From a virus (lineage: Duplodnaviria; Caudoviricetes): 59,356 bases of DNA. The stretch spans positions 1-59,356 of IMG/VR virus record IMGVR_UViG_3300034073_001486; one strand, written 5' to 3'. The translations under genes were made by a program, and so were the position numbers. Under the pieces are notes generated by a model. The model searched no databases and was not told the DNA's origin. It was given only the letters and a program-made list of their open reading frames with translations. This document shows positions 28,314 through 36,620 of the stretch, piece by piece. The stretch's first letter is position 1, and each line of letters opens with the position of its first letter.

Positions 28314-28723
28314 CAGACAGTGAGATCATGCAGGACTTGTTTGATACGTTTGAGGTGACCAACAAGCTCAACGCCATCGTCGGCGTGGAGAACTTCTTGG
28401 CGGCTCGGCATGCCTTGCTAGACCTGGGGCCCAAGGCCGACACGCCAGCCGTGCAGGTCATGTCCTGCTGCAAGATGCTGTACAAGGCCATCGGTCCACG
28501 CCTCTTCAAGTCCTTCGTCACCTTGGAGAATGTCGCCCCGAGCGAAGGGCTGGATGATGTGTGGAGCCACTGGTGTCCGCTCCCGCCGGACGTTGAACTG
28601 CACAAGCAGGACTATCCGGCCGGCACGCTGCCGCTGTGGAGCAACGGTTCGTCGGTTGTCTTTGCCAGACTTGTGACAGACAAGCACGGCAATGAGGAGT
28701 TCGATTTCGCAGTAACCAAGTAA
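28310..28723 (+). CDS. Hypothetical protein
   Basis: GGAGG RBS; 137 aa. Confidence 0.65.
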   Translation: MTDSEIMQDLFDTFEVTNKLNAIVGVENFLAARHALLDLGPKADTPAVQVMSCCKMLYKAIGPRLFKSFVTLENVAPSEGLDDVWSHWCPLPPDVELHKQDYPAGTLPLWSNGSSVVFARLVTDKHGNEEFDFAVTK

Positions 28724-28734
28724 GGAGTATCACT

Positions 28735-28809
28735 ATGGACAAGGATGTCCCAATGATTCTTGAGCTGGTGGTGGTGGTGATTCGCATTGTCTTGGAGGTG
28801 ATTCGATGA
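28735..28809 (+). CDS. 24-aa hydrophobic peptide MDKDVPMILELVVVVIRIVLEVIR
   Basis: TAAGGAG RBS. Confidence 0.45.
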   Translation: MDKDVPMILELVVVVIRIVLEVIR

Positions 28810-28883
28810 GTGAACTAGCAGATTTCTTGGTCGGCTCGGCCGGGGTGATCCTGGTCCTGTGGTTCTCGTCACGCGGTGGGTGA
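28806..28883 (+). CDS. 25-aa hydrophobic peptide MSELADFLVGSAGVILVLWFSSRGG
   Basis: GGAGGTG RBS, ATGA coupling. Confidence 0.45.
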   Translation: MSELADFLVGSAGVILVLWFSSRGG

Positions 28884-28887
28884 CACC

Positions 28888-29679
28888 ATGATCTACGGCT
28901 ATGCCCGTGTGAGCACGGACGAGCAGTCGGATTCGATCACGGCTCAGGTTGCCACGCTGAAGCGGTTCCTTGCCGAGTCAGGCATGGAGTCCGGAGGCGT
29001 GTTCGCAGATGAGAACGTGTCGGGCTCCGGCATCTGGTTCCGGAACCGGCCGCAAGGGAAGCGGGTGTACGACGCCTTGGCCCCGGGCGACATCTTGGTC
29101 GTCACGGTGCAGGACAGACTCACCCGTAACCTTGCGGACTGGGCCACCATGATGGAGGCGAGGAGGAACATCGGCTGGCAGCTATACATCCTCCAGGCGG
29201 GCCGCTACATCCAGAGTCCCGAGGATGAGATGGTCTACGGCATGCTCGCCTGCGTGGGGGCCTATGAGCCCAGGCGTACCAGCGCCCGGGTCAAGGCCGT
29301 GGCCGAGCATCGTCGCAAGCACGGGCTACCCTATGGCCCGAGCCGCCCGGTCGGATGGCAGAGCAAGGACGGGCAGTACATACCCCTGCCGGCGGAGCGG
29401 GCCATTGCCGACGAGGCGTTACGACTGCGAGAGCAGGGCGTTACTTACCCGGCAATCGCTTTGCGGTTTTGTCACAAGGGCTACAGGAAGCCTGGGCGTT
29501 CCGCCCGGTCGGCTGGCTGGTACTCCCCCGTAGATGTACGGAGTCTTTGTCTCGCGGCTGGAGCCGGATATCCAAAGATTCCGCGATCCGTTTGGAAAGT
29601 TTCTGCGACCGCAGAGAAGCTATGCGCAGAGGTATCTGGTGGTCCTCGGCCAGCTTCCGCAGCGTCGATCCCCGCATGA
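28888..29679 (+). CDS. Serine recombinase (resolvase/invertase family)
   Basis: YGYARVSTDEQ, DENVSG, RP and DRLTR motifs. Confidence 0.9.
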   Translation: MIYGYARVSTDEQSDSITAQVATLKRFLAESGMESGGVFADENVSGSGIWFRNRPQGKRVYDALAPGDILVVTVQDRLTRNLADWATMMEARRNIGWQLYILQAGRYIQSPEDEMVYGMLACVGAYEPRRTSARVKAVAEHRRKHGLPYGPSRPVGWQSKDGQYIPLPAERAIADEALRLREQGVTYPAIALRFCHKGYRKPGRSARSAGWYSPVDVRSLCLAAGAGYPKIPRSVWKVSATAEKLCAEVSGGPRPASAASIPA

Positions 29680-30076
29680 AGCGATCCCAGGCCAGCTCCT
29701 GATCCTCATCGTCCAGCTCCTCAATCGCCAGCCGGACATGGTCCAGCTCGTCGAACATGGGCTTGAGATCAGCCGCCTCTTCCAGCGTCAGCTTGGTTTC
29801 CGCTGGCTGCCTCGTCTCCTTCTTGATCCACTTGAGCATCCCGTTCAGCATGGCCCTGGCGAAGTAGGCTTTCGGATACGGAAGCTTGGTTTTATCGTAC
29901 GTTCGGGCGGCTTTCGTCAGAGCTAGCAGACCTTCGGCCTCCAGGTCATCGACGAACAGGCCCCGCTGCCACGCCGGGCGGGACTGGACAAAGTAGCGGG
30001 CGAGGATCTTGGCGAGCGGGAAGTACTCAGCCGCCAGTGCCTGTCTTGTTTTTGAGAGCTTCGATCTCTTTCTCAT
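29441..30076 (-). CDS. Phage sigma-70-family factor
   Basis: Region 2 DDLEAEGLLALTKAARTYD...YF; region 4 HTH TLRKLAEDHQI. Confidence 0.8.
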   Translation of the reverse strand: MRKRSKLSKTRQALAAEYFPLAKILARYFVQSRPAWQRGLFVDDLEAEGLLALTKAARTYDKTKLPYPKAYFARAMLNGMLKWIKKETRQPAETKLTLEEAADLKPMFDELDHVRLAIEELDDEDQELAWDRFMRGSTLRKLAEDHQIPLRIASLRSQKLSKRIAESLDIRLQPRDKDSVHLRGSTSQPTGRNAQASCSPCDKTAKRLPGK

Positions 30077-30254
30077 GGTGATCTAGCCGGGCCTCATGGT
30101 TCTGAATGGCCTGATGCAACTCTTGCACCAGCTCTGGCAGGTGTTCGACCGAGGCGGCGATGATCGCCACCTTGGTGTGTATAGAGACCGCCCACGGAAT
30201 GACGGCCGCCGCCACCGAGATCAACACCAACCATGCTTCTGCCTCCAAGCTCAT
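30027..30254 (-). CDS. Small TM plus coiled-coil protein (holin/spanin-like)
   Basis: N-terminal TM segment followed by HEARLDHHE coiled coil. Confidence 0.55.
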   Translation of the reverse strand: MSLEAEAWLVLISVAAAVIPWAVSIHTKVAIIAASVEHLPELVQELHQAIQNHEARLDHHEKEIEALKNKTGTGG

Positions 30255-30484
30255 TCGTCTTCCCTCCCGACCATCATCAACAACATGAGACCCGCATACG
30301 GATGCAGCCGACCATCGGCCACATGCTCGCGTATGATCCAGGTCGCTCTCTCTTGTTCGTCATCGGGGTACTGGTAAACGTGTGTGTGTCCGTCGATCAC
30401 GGCGATGAGTCGATTGCATCGAACGCCTCCGCTCTCAGACGGCTGACCCCATGCCGACGATTCAATATCCATCGTTCGATCCAC
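30251..30484 (-). CDS. Hypothetical protein
   Basis: ATGA coupling with the downstream gene; start uncertain. Confidence 0.5.
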   Translation of the reverse strand: MDRTMDIESSAWGQPSESGGVRCNRLIAVIDGHTHVYQYPDDEQERATWIIREHVADGRLHPYAGLMLLMMVGREDE

Positions 30485-30714
30485 CGTGCGATGAGCGAAG
30501 CCAAGAGGGGGAGGACGAAGGCGATGAAGAACGGGTTGAGCGTGGGGTTTCTGCGTCGGTACTCTTCGATGATTCGGTGGGCATAGGTGCTGTCGGGCTC
30601 GTCCGGCGCAAGCATGATTGCCACCAACGCCACGCCCCTTGCACGTCGACTGAGTCGTTCGGTTCTCGTTGCACGGATCGCACGCTCCGCTATCGCTTCG
30701 GCTTCAGTTCGCAT
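30397..30714 (-). CDS. Membrane protein
   Basis: FFIAFVLPLLASLIARWI hydrophobic segment. Confidence 0.55.
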   Translation of the reverse strand: MRTEAEAIAERAIRATRTERLSRRARGVALVAIMLAPDEPDSTYAHRIIEEYRRRNPTLNPFFIAFVLPLLASLIARWIERWILNRRHGVSRLRAEAFDAIDSSP

Positions 30715-30989
30715 TTGCCATCCGGGCAGGCATGGAGTTTGGCGGGCGGGTGATGCACGGCACCCTTCAGCTTGCACTCGCAGTCGGGCGGGCAGGGGCA
30801 GGGGGTCTTGTGACCGTCGCCGTGGGTGATCATGCCGTTGACGCAGAGGCCGCAGCACTTGCCCGCGTCGGGGTTCTCCATGCGGGCCGTGTTCACAACG
30901 AACGCAGCCTCGGCCGCCACCACGGGGCGGAGGTCTTGGGGCTCCGGCGAGATGAGCCGGCCGATGAACAAGAGAACTTCACTCACCAT
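30690..30989 (-). CDS. Small Cys-rich, possibly exported protein
   Basis: CCGLC...GDGH...CPCPPDCEC...CPDGKC. Confidence 0.65.
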   Translation of the reverse strand: MVSEVLLFIGRLISPEPQDLRPVVAAEAAFVVNTARMENPDAGKCCGLCVNGMITHGDGHKTPCPCPPDCECKLKGAVHHPPAKLHACPDGKCELKPKR

Positions 30990-31932
30990 GCTTCAGCATT
31001 CCTATGGCGCCGTAGTCGGGCAGGTGTTGAGGCGGGTAGCCGTCGATTGATCCGTACACCCAGCAGTCACCCGAGCGGACGCAGACATCGAAGTCTTCGT
31101 CCGACGTGACAATCATGCCGGGCACTTGGGGCGGGTAGTCCTTGGGCCAATCCTTCACGGGCTGGTTCCATGGACCCCAGCTATTGACGATGAACCAGAC
31201 ACGGAAAGGCCAGTGTTCCTTGGTGTCGTCGTAGCCAAGGATGGCCATGTCATGGTTCCAGCCTTTGGCCGCTCGCTCATGCGCGTTGCGTCGGCCAGGG
31301 GCGGCCTGCCATGCGGCGTACTGCCCAGAGTGGGCGGCGTAGCCGTTGTACAAAGCGTCTAGCAGATCGTCTTGGGACCGGATCAGCGTGATGCGGCCGA
31401 CGTTGTTCTGCTTGCAGAGGTCTTGTACCTCTTGTGGTACACCCGTTCGCCCCCAGCGTGCGCCGAGGGAGCCGTTGTACTTGGAGAGATCGACAACGTC
31501 GTAGTCATGGCGGGCCAGGAAGCCGACATCTCTCTCAAACTTGGAGGCTCGGGCCGGGCTCATGCCTTGACCGCCGTGTCCCCGAGCCCCATAGGTCGGC
31601 TCGGTGGCGCCACGCTTGAACCAACTGGCGGGCTCGCGGTTCACCAGTAGCTGAGTCGCACGCACGGCATCACGGCAATTGCGAGAGCCGTGGGAGACAC
31701 AGTCTCCAGTGGTCTGCCTTTCGCTGTAGGCGTCCTTGTCGAAGGCTAGAACATACTGCCAGAGCAGGGCACGCTTGCCGATGCCGGAACCTTTGATGTT
31801 CGGTTCTTCGTAATATTGATACCGCTGCCCCTCCAAGAACTCGGCCGTGTCCCGAGGGGAGTTGATGTACCCAGGCATGCCATCGTCGTACGCCTTGAGC
31901 AGCGAGAACGGTGTGTCTAGTTCGTCCGGCAT
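30979..31932 (-). CDS. Papain-like (C1) cysteine peptidase
   Basis: QTTGDCVSHG (Q, C), WNHDMAILGYDD (H), IVNSWG (N). Confidence 0.85.
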   Translation of the reverse strand: MPDELDTPFSLLKAYDDGMPGYINSPRDTAEFLEGQRYQYYEEPNIKGSGIGKRALLWQYVLAFDKDAYSERQTTGDCVSHGSRNCRDAVRATQLLVNREPASWFKRGATEPTYGARGHGGQGMSPARASKFERDVGFLARHDYDVVDLSKYNGSLGARWGRTGVPQEVQDLCKQNNVGRITLIRSQDDLLDALYNGYAAHSGQYAAWQAAPGRRNAHERAAKGWNHDMAILGYDDTKEHWPFRVWFIVNSWGPWNQPVKDWPKDYPPQVPGMIVTSDEDFDVCVRSGDCWVYGSIDGYPPQHLPDYGAIGMLKHGE

Positions 31933-32324
31933 TGCACCTCCACGGCCTTGCAACCCTGGACGATCTTGGCCACCAGCTCGGGCGTCATGGGCACATCCGT
32001 CTTCGGGAAGTACTGCGACAGCGTGGCTTCGATGGCGACATCCAAGCCGGGGTACTTGCCTTTGACGGGGGCGGCGCCGAGGGCCAGCGTGTCCCGATGG
32101 ATCAGACGCCAGACGCCGGTCGTTGCGATCAGCCGGCCGCCGTCCCGCTGCGTGATATCTGCCAGAGCCCGGTACATATCCGCCACGTACTGCCGGTCAG
32201 CCTTGGAGGCCGAGGCCAGGGCCGTGGCCACCTCGCCCGTGGCCGGTTGCTTGGCCGGTTCCCTGGCCGGCAGAAACGTGTAAGCTACGAGAGCCGTAGC
32301 TAATACGATTGGCAGGTGCTTCAC
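31917..32324 (-). CDS. Exported or membrane-anchored protein
   Basis: N-terminal signal/TM MKHLPIVLATALVAYTFLP. Confidence 0.7.
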   Translation of the reverse strand: MKHLPIVLATALVAYTFLPAREPAKQPATGEVATALASASKADRQYVADMYRALADITQRDGGRLIATTGVWRLIHRDTLALGAAPVKGKYPGLDVAIEATLSQYFPKTDVPMTPELVAKIVQGCKAVEVQCRTN

Positions 32325-32548
32325 TGGTCCACCTCCAGCAAGGCCCCTAGCAGGACGTTACACGCCTCCTTGACCTCGGGCGTAGGGTGAGCCTCTCGGA
32401 CAGCGATCACCGCTTGTACGTGATCCAGTAGCGTCTGGGAGGGTGCCTGGAACTTAGGCAGTGAAACCTTGTGCAGCAGTGGTCGGCCGTACACAAACAG
32501 GCAGACGGCGGCGAGGGCGGAAAGGGCGAGGATCTGGGGCAGGCTCAT
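32321..32548 (-). CDS. Small membrane protein
   Basis: N-terminal TM segment. Confidence 0.65.
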   Translation of the reverse strand: MSLPQILALSALAAVCLFVYGRPLLHKVSLPKFQAPSQTLLDHVQAVIAVREAHPTPEVKEACNVLLGALLEVDQ

Positions 32549-33486
32549 AGTATGCGGGCTCCGGGGATAAACAGGGTGACTCCGCCGGGCTCGGCCTGCG
32601 CTTTGACCTGGGAGCCAATGAGCTTGGCCGGGTCCATCAGGCCCCAGCCGTAAGTGTGGTCATGCCCAGGCGGGCCGGCGTCCCGAGCCGACTCGGAGAG
32701 GGCGGCAATGATGTCCGCATGCGTGGCCGGTCCATGGTGCGAGATGTACAGAGCAAGCACGCCGGCAACGAACGGGGCAGCCATGGAGGTTCCCGAGATC
32801 GTCGCGTACCCATCGGCCAGCCAAGTGGAGGTGATGTCCTGGCCGGGGGCGGCGACCACAATCTCTTTGCCGCGCGAGCTGAAGTCACAGATGTTGCCAT
32901 GCTTATCCACGGCACCAACAGCGATGGTCTCATGGAACGCGGCCGGGAAGTTCACGCTGCCGCCGTCGTTGCCGGCGGCGCAGATGACGATCACCCCCTT
33001 TCCAGTTGCAAACTGAATGGCCTGATGCACATTCGCACTGGGGCTTGGGCTACCCAGCGACATGCAGATCAGGTCGACATCAGCCTCGGCGGCGTAACGC
33101 ACCGCCGTGGCAACCGCATCGTTACTCCCCATCCCCGAATGACCAAGCACCTTTAGCGCGATGATCTTGCAGCCGGGGGCGATGCCCTTGGCCGGGCCCT
33201 TGGCCGCCCCGATCACGCCGGCGACGTGAGTCCCATGCCCGAGCGTGTCGTACACCTCGGAGTCAGAGCTGAAGTTCCGCCGGTCAACCACGTTCTCCAA
33301 GGCGTAGTGAGGGGCCACGCCGCTGTCGATCACAGCGACCGTCACCCCCTCGCCCTTGGTCCGCTGCCACAACTCCGGGACGCTGTAGCTTGTCAGCGCC
33401 CAGTCAACGCCGTCCTTCTCGGAGTGCGGGACATGCTGGAGATCCACCCTGTAGGGAGGGAGGTGTACGTAGTCCAGCCCTTTCAC
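32545..33486 (-). CDS. Subtilisin-like (S8) serine peptidase
   Basis: VAVIDSG (D), GHGTHVAG (H), AAGN, SGTSMAAP (S). Confidence 0.95.
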   Translation of the reverse strand: MKGLDYVHLPPYRVDLQHVPHSEKDGVDWALTSYSVPELWQRTKGEGVTVAVIDSGVAPHYALENVVDRRNFSSDSEVYDTLGHGTHVAGVIGAAKGPAKGIAPGCKIIALKVLGHSGMGSNDAVATAVRYAAEADVDLICMSLGSPSPSANVHQAIQFATGKGVIVICAAGNDGGSVNFPAAFHETIAVGAVDKHGNICDFSSRGKEIVVAAPGQDITSTWLADGYATISGTSMAAPFVAGVLALYISHHGPATHADIIAALSESARDAGPPGHDHTYGWGLMDPAKLIGSQVKAQAEPGGVTLFIPGARIL

Positions 33487-33818
33487 TTTCGCTTGCAGGC
33501 CATGGCTTCCAAGATGCTGATCACAACGGGCAACAGGACTTCAACGATCAGCTTCCAGTCCACCCCAAGCGCCGCAACGTCTGCGCCCATGGCGAACGAC
33601 ACCTCGGCGTCATCGTCCACAGACCAGTAGTCCGATGCCAGCAGCTCCATCACCTCGTCGTTACTCTCAACGACAGGCAGGACAAGCCGGGCAATCTCAT
33701 CGACCAAGACCCACTTCTCCAAGAGCGTCATGTCCTTGGAGAAACGCTTGCCGACTGACACTACCTGGAGCAGGAGTTCACGGTGTTGGATCAACCACTG
33801 CAAGATTTTGAGATTCAT
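33483..33818 (-). CDS. Membrane-associated protein
   Basis: C-terminal hydrophobic helix; ATGA coupling to the S8 gene. Confidence 0.65.
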   Translation of the reverse strand: MNLKILQWLIQHRELLLQVVSVGKRFSKDMTLLEKWVLVDEIARLVLPVVESNDEVMELLASDYWSVDDDAEVSFAMGADVAALGVDWKLIVEVLLPVVISILEAMACKRK

Positions 33819-34179
33819 CTGTCTCGCCTTTCTTCGCGCGGATGCACGCAATCGCCACGGCCGCATGTCCCGCGATGTCATATAAAGTCTCTATTACTAG
33901 AGTGTCCATATTGCGGGCATCGCCACGCAGGCGTCGGCACTTCTCGCCAATCCTCGCAAGCTGGTACACCCACGGTTCAATTCCGTCCTCGGCCACTCCG
34001 AGGGCGTTCGACAACGGGCCGTCCTCCGGGCAGCCGTAGTACCCGCGCTTCCGGGAAAGCAGGGCGTACAGGTGATCACACACCGGGCGGTATGGGTCAG
34101 AACTGTCGGTCTCTTGCCGCTTTAACAATGCGTCCGTACTCCGCCCAGAAAGTCGCGTGATGCCAAGGGTCTTCATCAT
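33778..34179 (-). CDS. Nucleotide-modification-associated (Nmad1/DUF1599-like, MazG-related) protein
   Basis: LLSRKRGYYG...RIGEKCRRL...ETLYDIAGHA. Confidence 0.55.
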   Translation of the reverse strand: MMKTLGITRLSGRSTDALLKRQETDSSDPYRPVCDHLYALLSRKRGYYGCPEDGPLSNALGVAEDGIEPWVYQLARIGEKCRRLRGDARNMDTLVIETLYDIAGHAAVAIACIRAKKGETDESQNLAVVDPTP

Positions 34180-34405
34180 TGTCCTCCTCGTCGTTTAACC
34201 AAGCCGTGCGGGCGTGGGCCCACTCCTCCACAAAAGTTTCGATCAATGCGTCATGGTCCAGCGTGTCCCGCAGGCAGATAATGCCGCGATCGACATCCTC
34301 ACCCATGGTGAAATAGCCATGCAGCCCTTCCATCTTGGTCGTCGGCCGGAGATACACCCTCACCGGAAACGTCAGAGGGAATCGATCCTCCAGCCAACGC
34401 TTCAT
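34097..34405 (-). CDS. Metallopeptidase-like protein with EExxH variant motif
   Basis: ETFVEEWAHA...PWHHATFWAEY. Confidence 0.55.
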   Translation of the reverse strand: MKRWLEDRFPLTFPVRVYLRPTTKMEGLHGYFTMGEDVDRGIICLRDTLDHDALIETFVEEWAHARTAWLNDEEDNDEDPWHHATFWAEYGRIVKAARDRQF

Positions 34406-34739
34406 GCGACGGACCAGCCGCCTTCTCCAGGAATTTGGGCACATCCTCTAGCCTCACAATGAGCAGCCACGGCTTGTTGTTCCTACGGTGAAGGACGACC
34501 GGCACCTGCCCGTCGCCGGCATCGACAATCGCCTGCCCCAGCCAGTCGTACGGGTTGCCACGTTCGACTCTCTTCACCTCTAGATGGATGCCCGGCACGG
34601 AGTGAACCACATCCGGAGAGTCTTTCCCGCCCGAGAATTGCTGGCCTCTCCGAGCCGAGCATCCCATGACATCAGACCATATCTTGGCGGCCTCCCGCTC
34701 TGCCCGAGCCCCCTTGGCCCTGCTGTTTATGCCCGCCAT
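34299..34739 (-). CDS. Holliday junction resolvase-like PD-(D/E)xK nuclease
   Basis: NSRAKGARAERE, SPDV, HLEVKR, PVVLHRRN. Confidence 0.8.
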   Translation of the reverse strand: MAGINSRAKGARAEREAAKIWSDVMGCSARRGQQFSGGKDSPDVVHSVPGIHLEVKRVERGNPYDWLGQAIVDAGDGQVPVVLHRRNNKPWLLIVRLEDVPKFLEKAAGPSHEALAGGSIPSDVSGEGVSPADDQDGRAAWLFHHG

Positions 34740-34969
34740 CTCGCCCCCCTGTTCGCATAATCGCGAACATCGATCTCCACCAGCTCGGGAAACTCCTCGG
34801 ACACCAGCTTGCACACGTCGTCCATCGCCCGCTTGTTAAGCACCCGCTCGTTTTGTTGCACCCACTGGCCCAGCCGGGAGGAGTAGTCCCAGTCCCGCTT
34901 GTGCCCTAGCGCCGGCCAGAAGAATCCAAACTTGCAGTTGGTAGTGTTGTAGTAGGCTGCCGACATCAT
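34727..34969 (-). CDS. Hypothetical protein
   Basis: GGAGGTGAGG RBS. Confidence 0.6.
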   Translation of the reverse strand: MMSAAYYNTTNCKFGFFWPALGHKRDWDYSSRLGQWVQQNERVLNKRAMDDVCKLVSEEFPELVEIDVRDYANRGARWRA

Positions 34970-35334
34970 GCCTCACCTCCAGTCATCATCTCGCGGAGCA
35001 AGTCGATGTAATGATTCGGCCGGGCCTCGGCCACGCCGATGTCGATGAGGTAGTCTGTCAGCATCTCGCCACTGTCCAGGTCTTGGAGGTCACCGAGGAT
35101 GCGGCCGTAGGAATCACGGAAGAAGTCAGCCGTAATCAAACGCAGCCGGTCCTCGTTGCCGTGGATCTCCACCCAATCGTCGATAGCCTCGCGGGCCTCG
35201 GGCTGGCAGATCACACCTTCCAGCACAACGCGAGCCGCCACCATGCTCTGGATCGCAGGGACCATGAGGCGAACGTGAACGGTGTCGCACCTAGTGGCGC
35301 GGATGACTGTGACTACGGTGTCCTGCTGGACCAT
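34966..35334 (-). CDS. Thermonuclease (SNase)-like protein, degenerate
   Basis: VIRATRCDTV in place of the usual xDGDT; RDSYGRILG; LTDYLIDIGVA. Confidence 0.6.
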   Translation of the reverse strand: MVQQDTVVTVIRATRCDTVHVRLMVPAIQSMVAARVVLEGVICQPEAREAIDDWVEIHGNEDRLRLITADFFRDSYGRILGDLQDLDSGEMLTDYLIDIGVAEARPNHYIDLLREMMTGGEA

Positions 35335-35717
35335 GAGTAGGTGTTCGCTTGTCGCTCGCGGATGTAAAACTGAGGGATCGATTGAGGTTCGACGCCAAGG
35401 TGTTTCTTTGCCTTTAGCCACGCCAAGAACTCCGGGTCGTAGTTGTCGGGGTCGCACTCCATCTTTGCTGCTAATAGTATACCTAAGTTCAGATCTGGAG
35501 TGTTAGCGTGAATCTTGCCTGAGTGGTACACCCCATGGCATCGCTCGCAGAGCCGGAGGTAGTTCCGCTCCGTGTGCCCCTTGGATCTGTTGGCCCCGCC
35601 GACAATGTGATGTACCTCCAACCGGCGGCGAGGATCAGACTCCGGCCACCAGCAGATGGCACAGGAACGATGGAGGTCGGCCCAGGCGACGAGGGCGGCT
35701 TGCTCAGACTCGGTCAC
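35313..35717 (-). CDS. HNH endonuclease
   Basis: CAIC...LEVHHI...NYLRLCERCHGVYH. Confidence 0.8.
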   Translation of the reverse strand: MTESEQAALVAWADLHRSCAICWWPESDPRRRLEVHHIVGGANRSKGHTERNYLRLCERCHGVYHSGKIHANTPDLNLGILLAAKMECDPDNYDPEFLAWLKAKKHLGVEPQSIPQFYIRERQANTYSWSSRTP

Positions 35718-36219
35718 GCATGGCCCCCACTAGGTCAGCGATGCACCGCTGGAACTGGTCCTCGGACATGGTGGCCTTGGCGTTGTTCAGCCACCACAGG
35801 ATCATCCGGCCGTTGCCGTCTTCGTAACCAATCTCATTGACTATGCGGTCTGGCGAAGGGGCGTAAGGATCGTTTTCCAGAATAGGCCCAAAGGGCAGGC
35901 CAGTCAGCTCGCATACGCCAGCGTTTACCTTTTCTACAAACCAATCCTCTGTCAGCGAAAACGAAAGGCCCCTCTCTCTCGCGCTGCGTTTTGCTCTTTG
36001 GTACAAGAATCTCCCTGTGTTTGCCTGAAACCATCGCTTCACTGCGAGGCGAGATTTTTTTTGCCCTTCCCCGGTGCTTCGATAAATCCTGCTCGCCTCA
36101 CTACAGCATTCCTTACACCAATAGCGCAACCCGTCAGATGTTCCTTTAGCCTTGTAAAAATGGGAGCGCGGCTTCTCCTTGCCGCACTTCGTACAAACCT
36201 TTGTCGCTTCGGCTATCAC
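35704..36219 (-). CDS. Homing-endonuclease-like HNH-fold protein with Zn finger
   Basis: CTKC...CKEC; CELTG...PSPDRI...GY..GN...LNNAK; lower GC than flanks. Confidence 0.7.
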   Translation of the reverse strand: MIAEATKVCTKCGKEKPRSHFYKAKGTSDGLRYWCKECCSEASRIYRSTGEGQKKSRLAVKRWFQANTGRFLYQRAKRSARERGLSFSLTEDWFVEKVNAGVCELTGLPFGPILENDPYAPSPDRIVNEIGYEDGNGRMILWWLNNAKATMSEDQFQRCIADLVGAMRDRV

Positions 36220-36260
36220 GCTCCTTCGTCAGCCTTCTACCTCCGCTAAGGTAGGCCAAG

Positions 36261-36289
36261 AGTATACAAAGATTCAGCGTACAAATCAA
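36261..36289 (-). promoter_or_regulatory. Sigma-70-type promoter TTGATT-N17-TATACT
   Basis: 17-bp spacing, about 40 bp upstream of the endonuclease start. Confidence 0.6.
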
Positions 36290-36299
36290 GAGACAATCG

Positions 36300-36620
36300 G
36301 TTAAACGGTGGAGAGCGTGCATAGCGACTCCGGAAAACCGGGTGTCGCATGCTGTTAAACGGCGGAGCCGCGTTGCAGGAAGCGGGCGTGCGTTGTTGTT
36401 AACGGGGTCCACGGCCTTTACATCCTTCGCCCCGTGCAGCGTGGCCTCGCCATTTCATCCCCGGTCGGAGTCGTCAGCACACCGGGCTTTCTGCAAACTG
36501 CGAGATTGCTTGCGCGGGTCTCGCAGGGGTGTGATCTCTTCACCCCCAACAGGGGTAGTCGCCGGGGATTAGCCCAGCCTTCGGTGGATCACCGATCTTC
36601 AGACCGTCTGGCAACAGGGC
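36300..36620 (-). ncRNA. Candidate structured non-coding RNA or replication origin
   Basis: No credible ORF; several nested hairpins, a possible pseudoknot and direct repeats; strand uncertain. Confidence 0.45.

Noticed and set aside
36300-36620. Group I intron, tmRNA or RNase P RNA
   Set aside because: No P/Q/R/S core, no interrupted host gene, no tRNA-like ends and no convincing tag peptide
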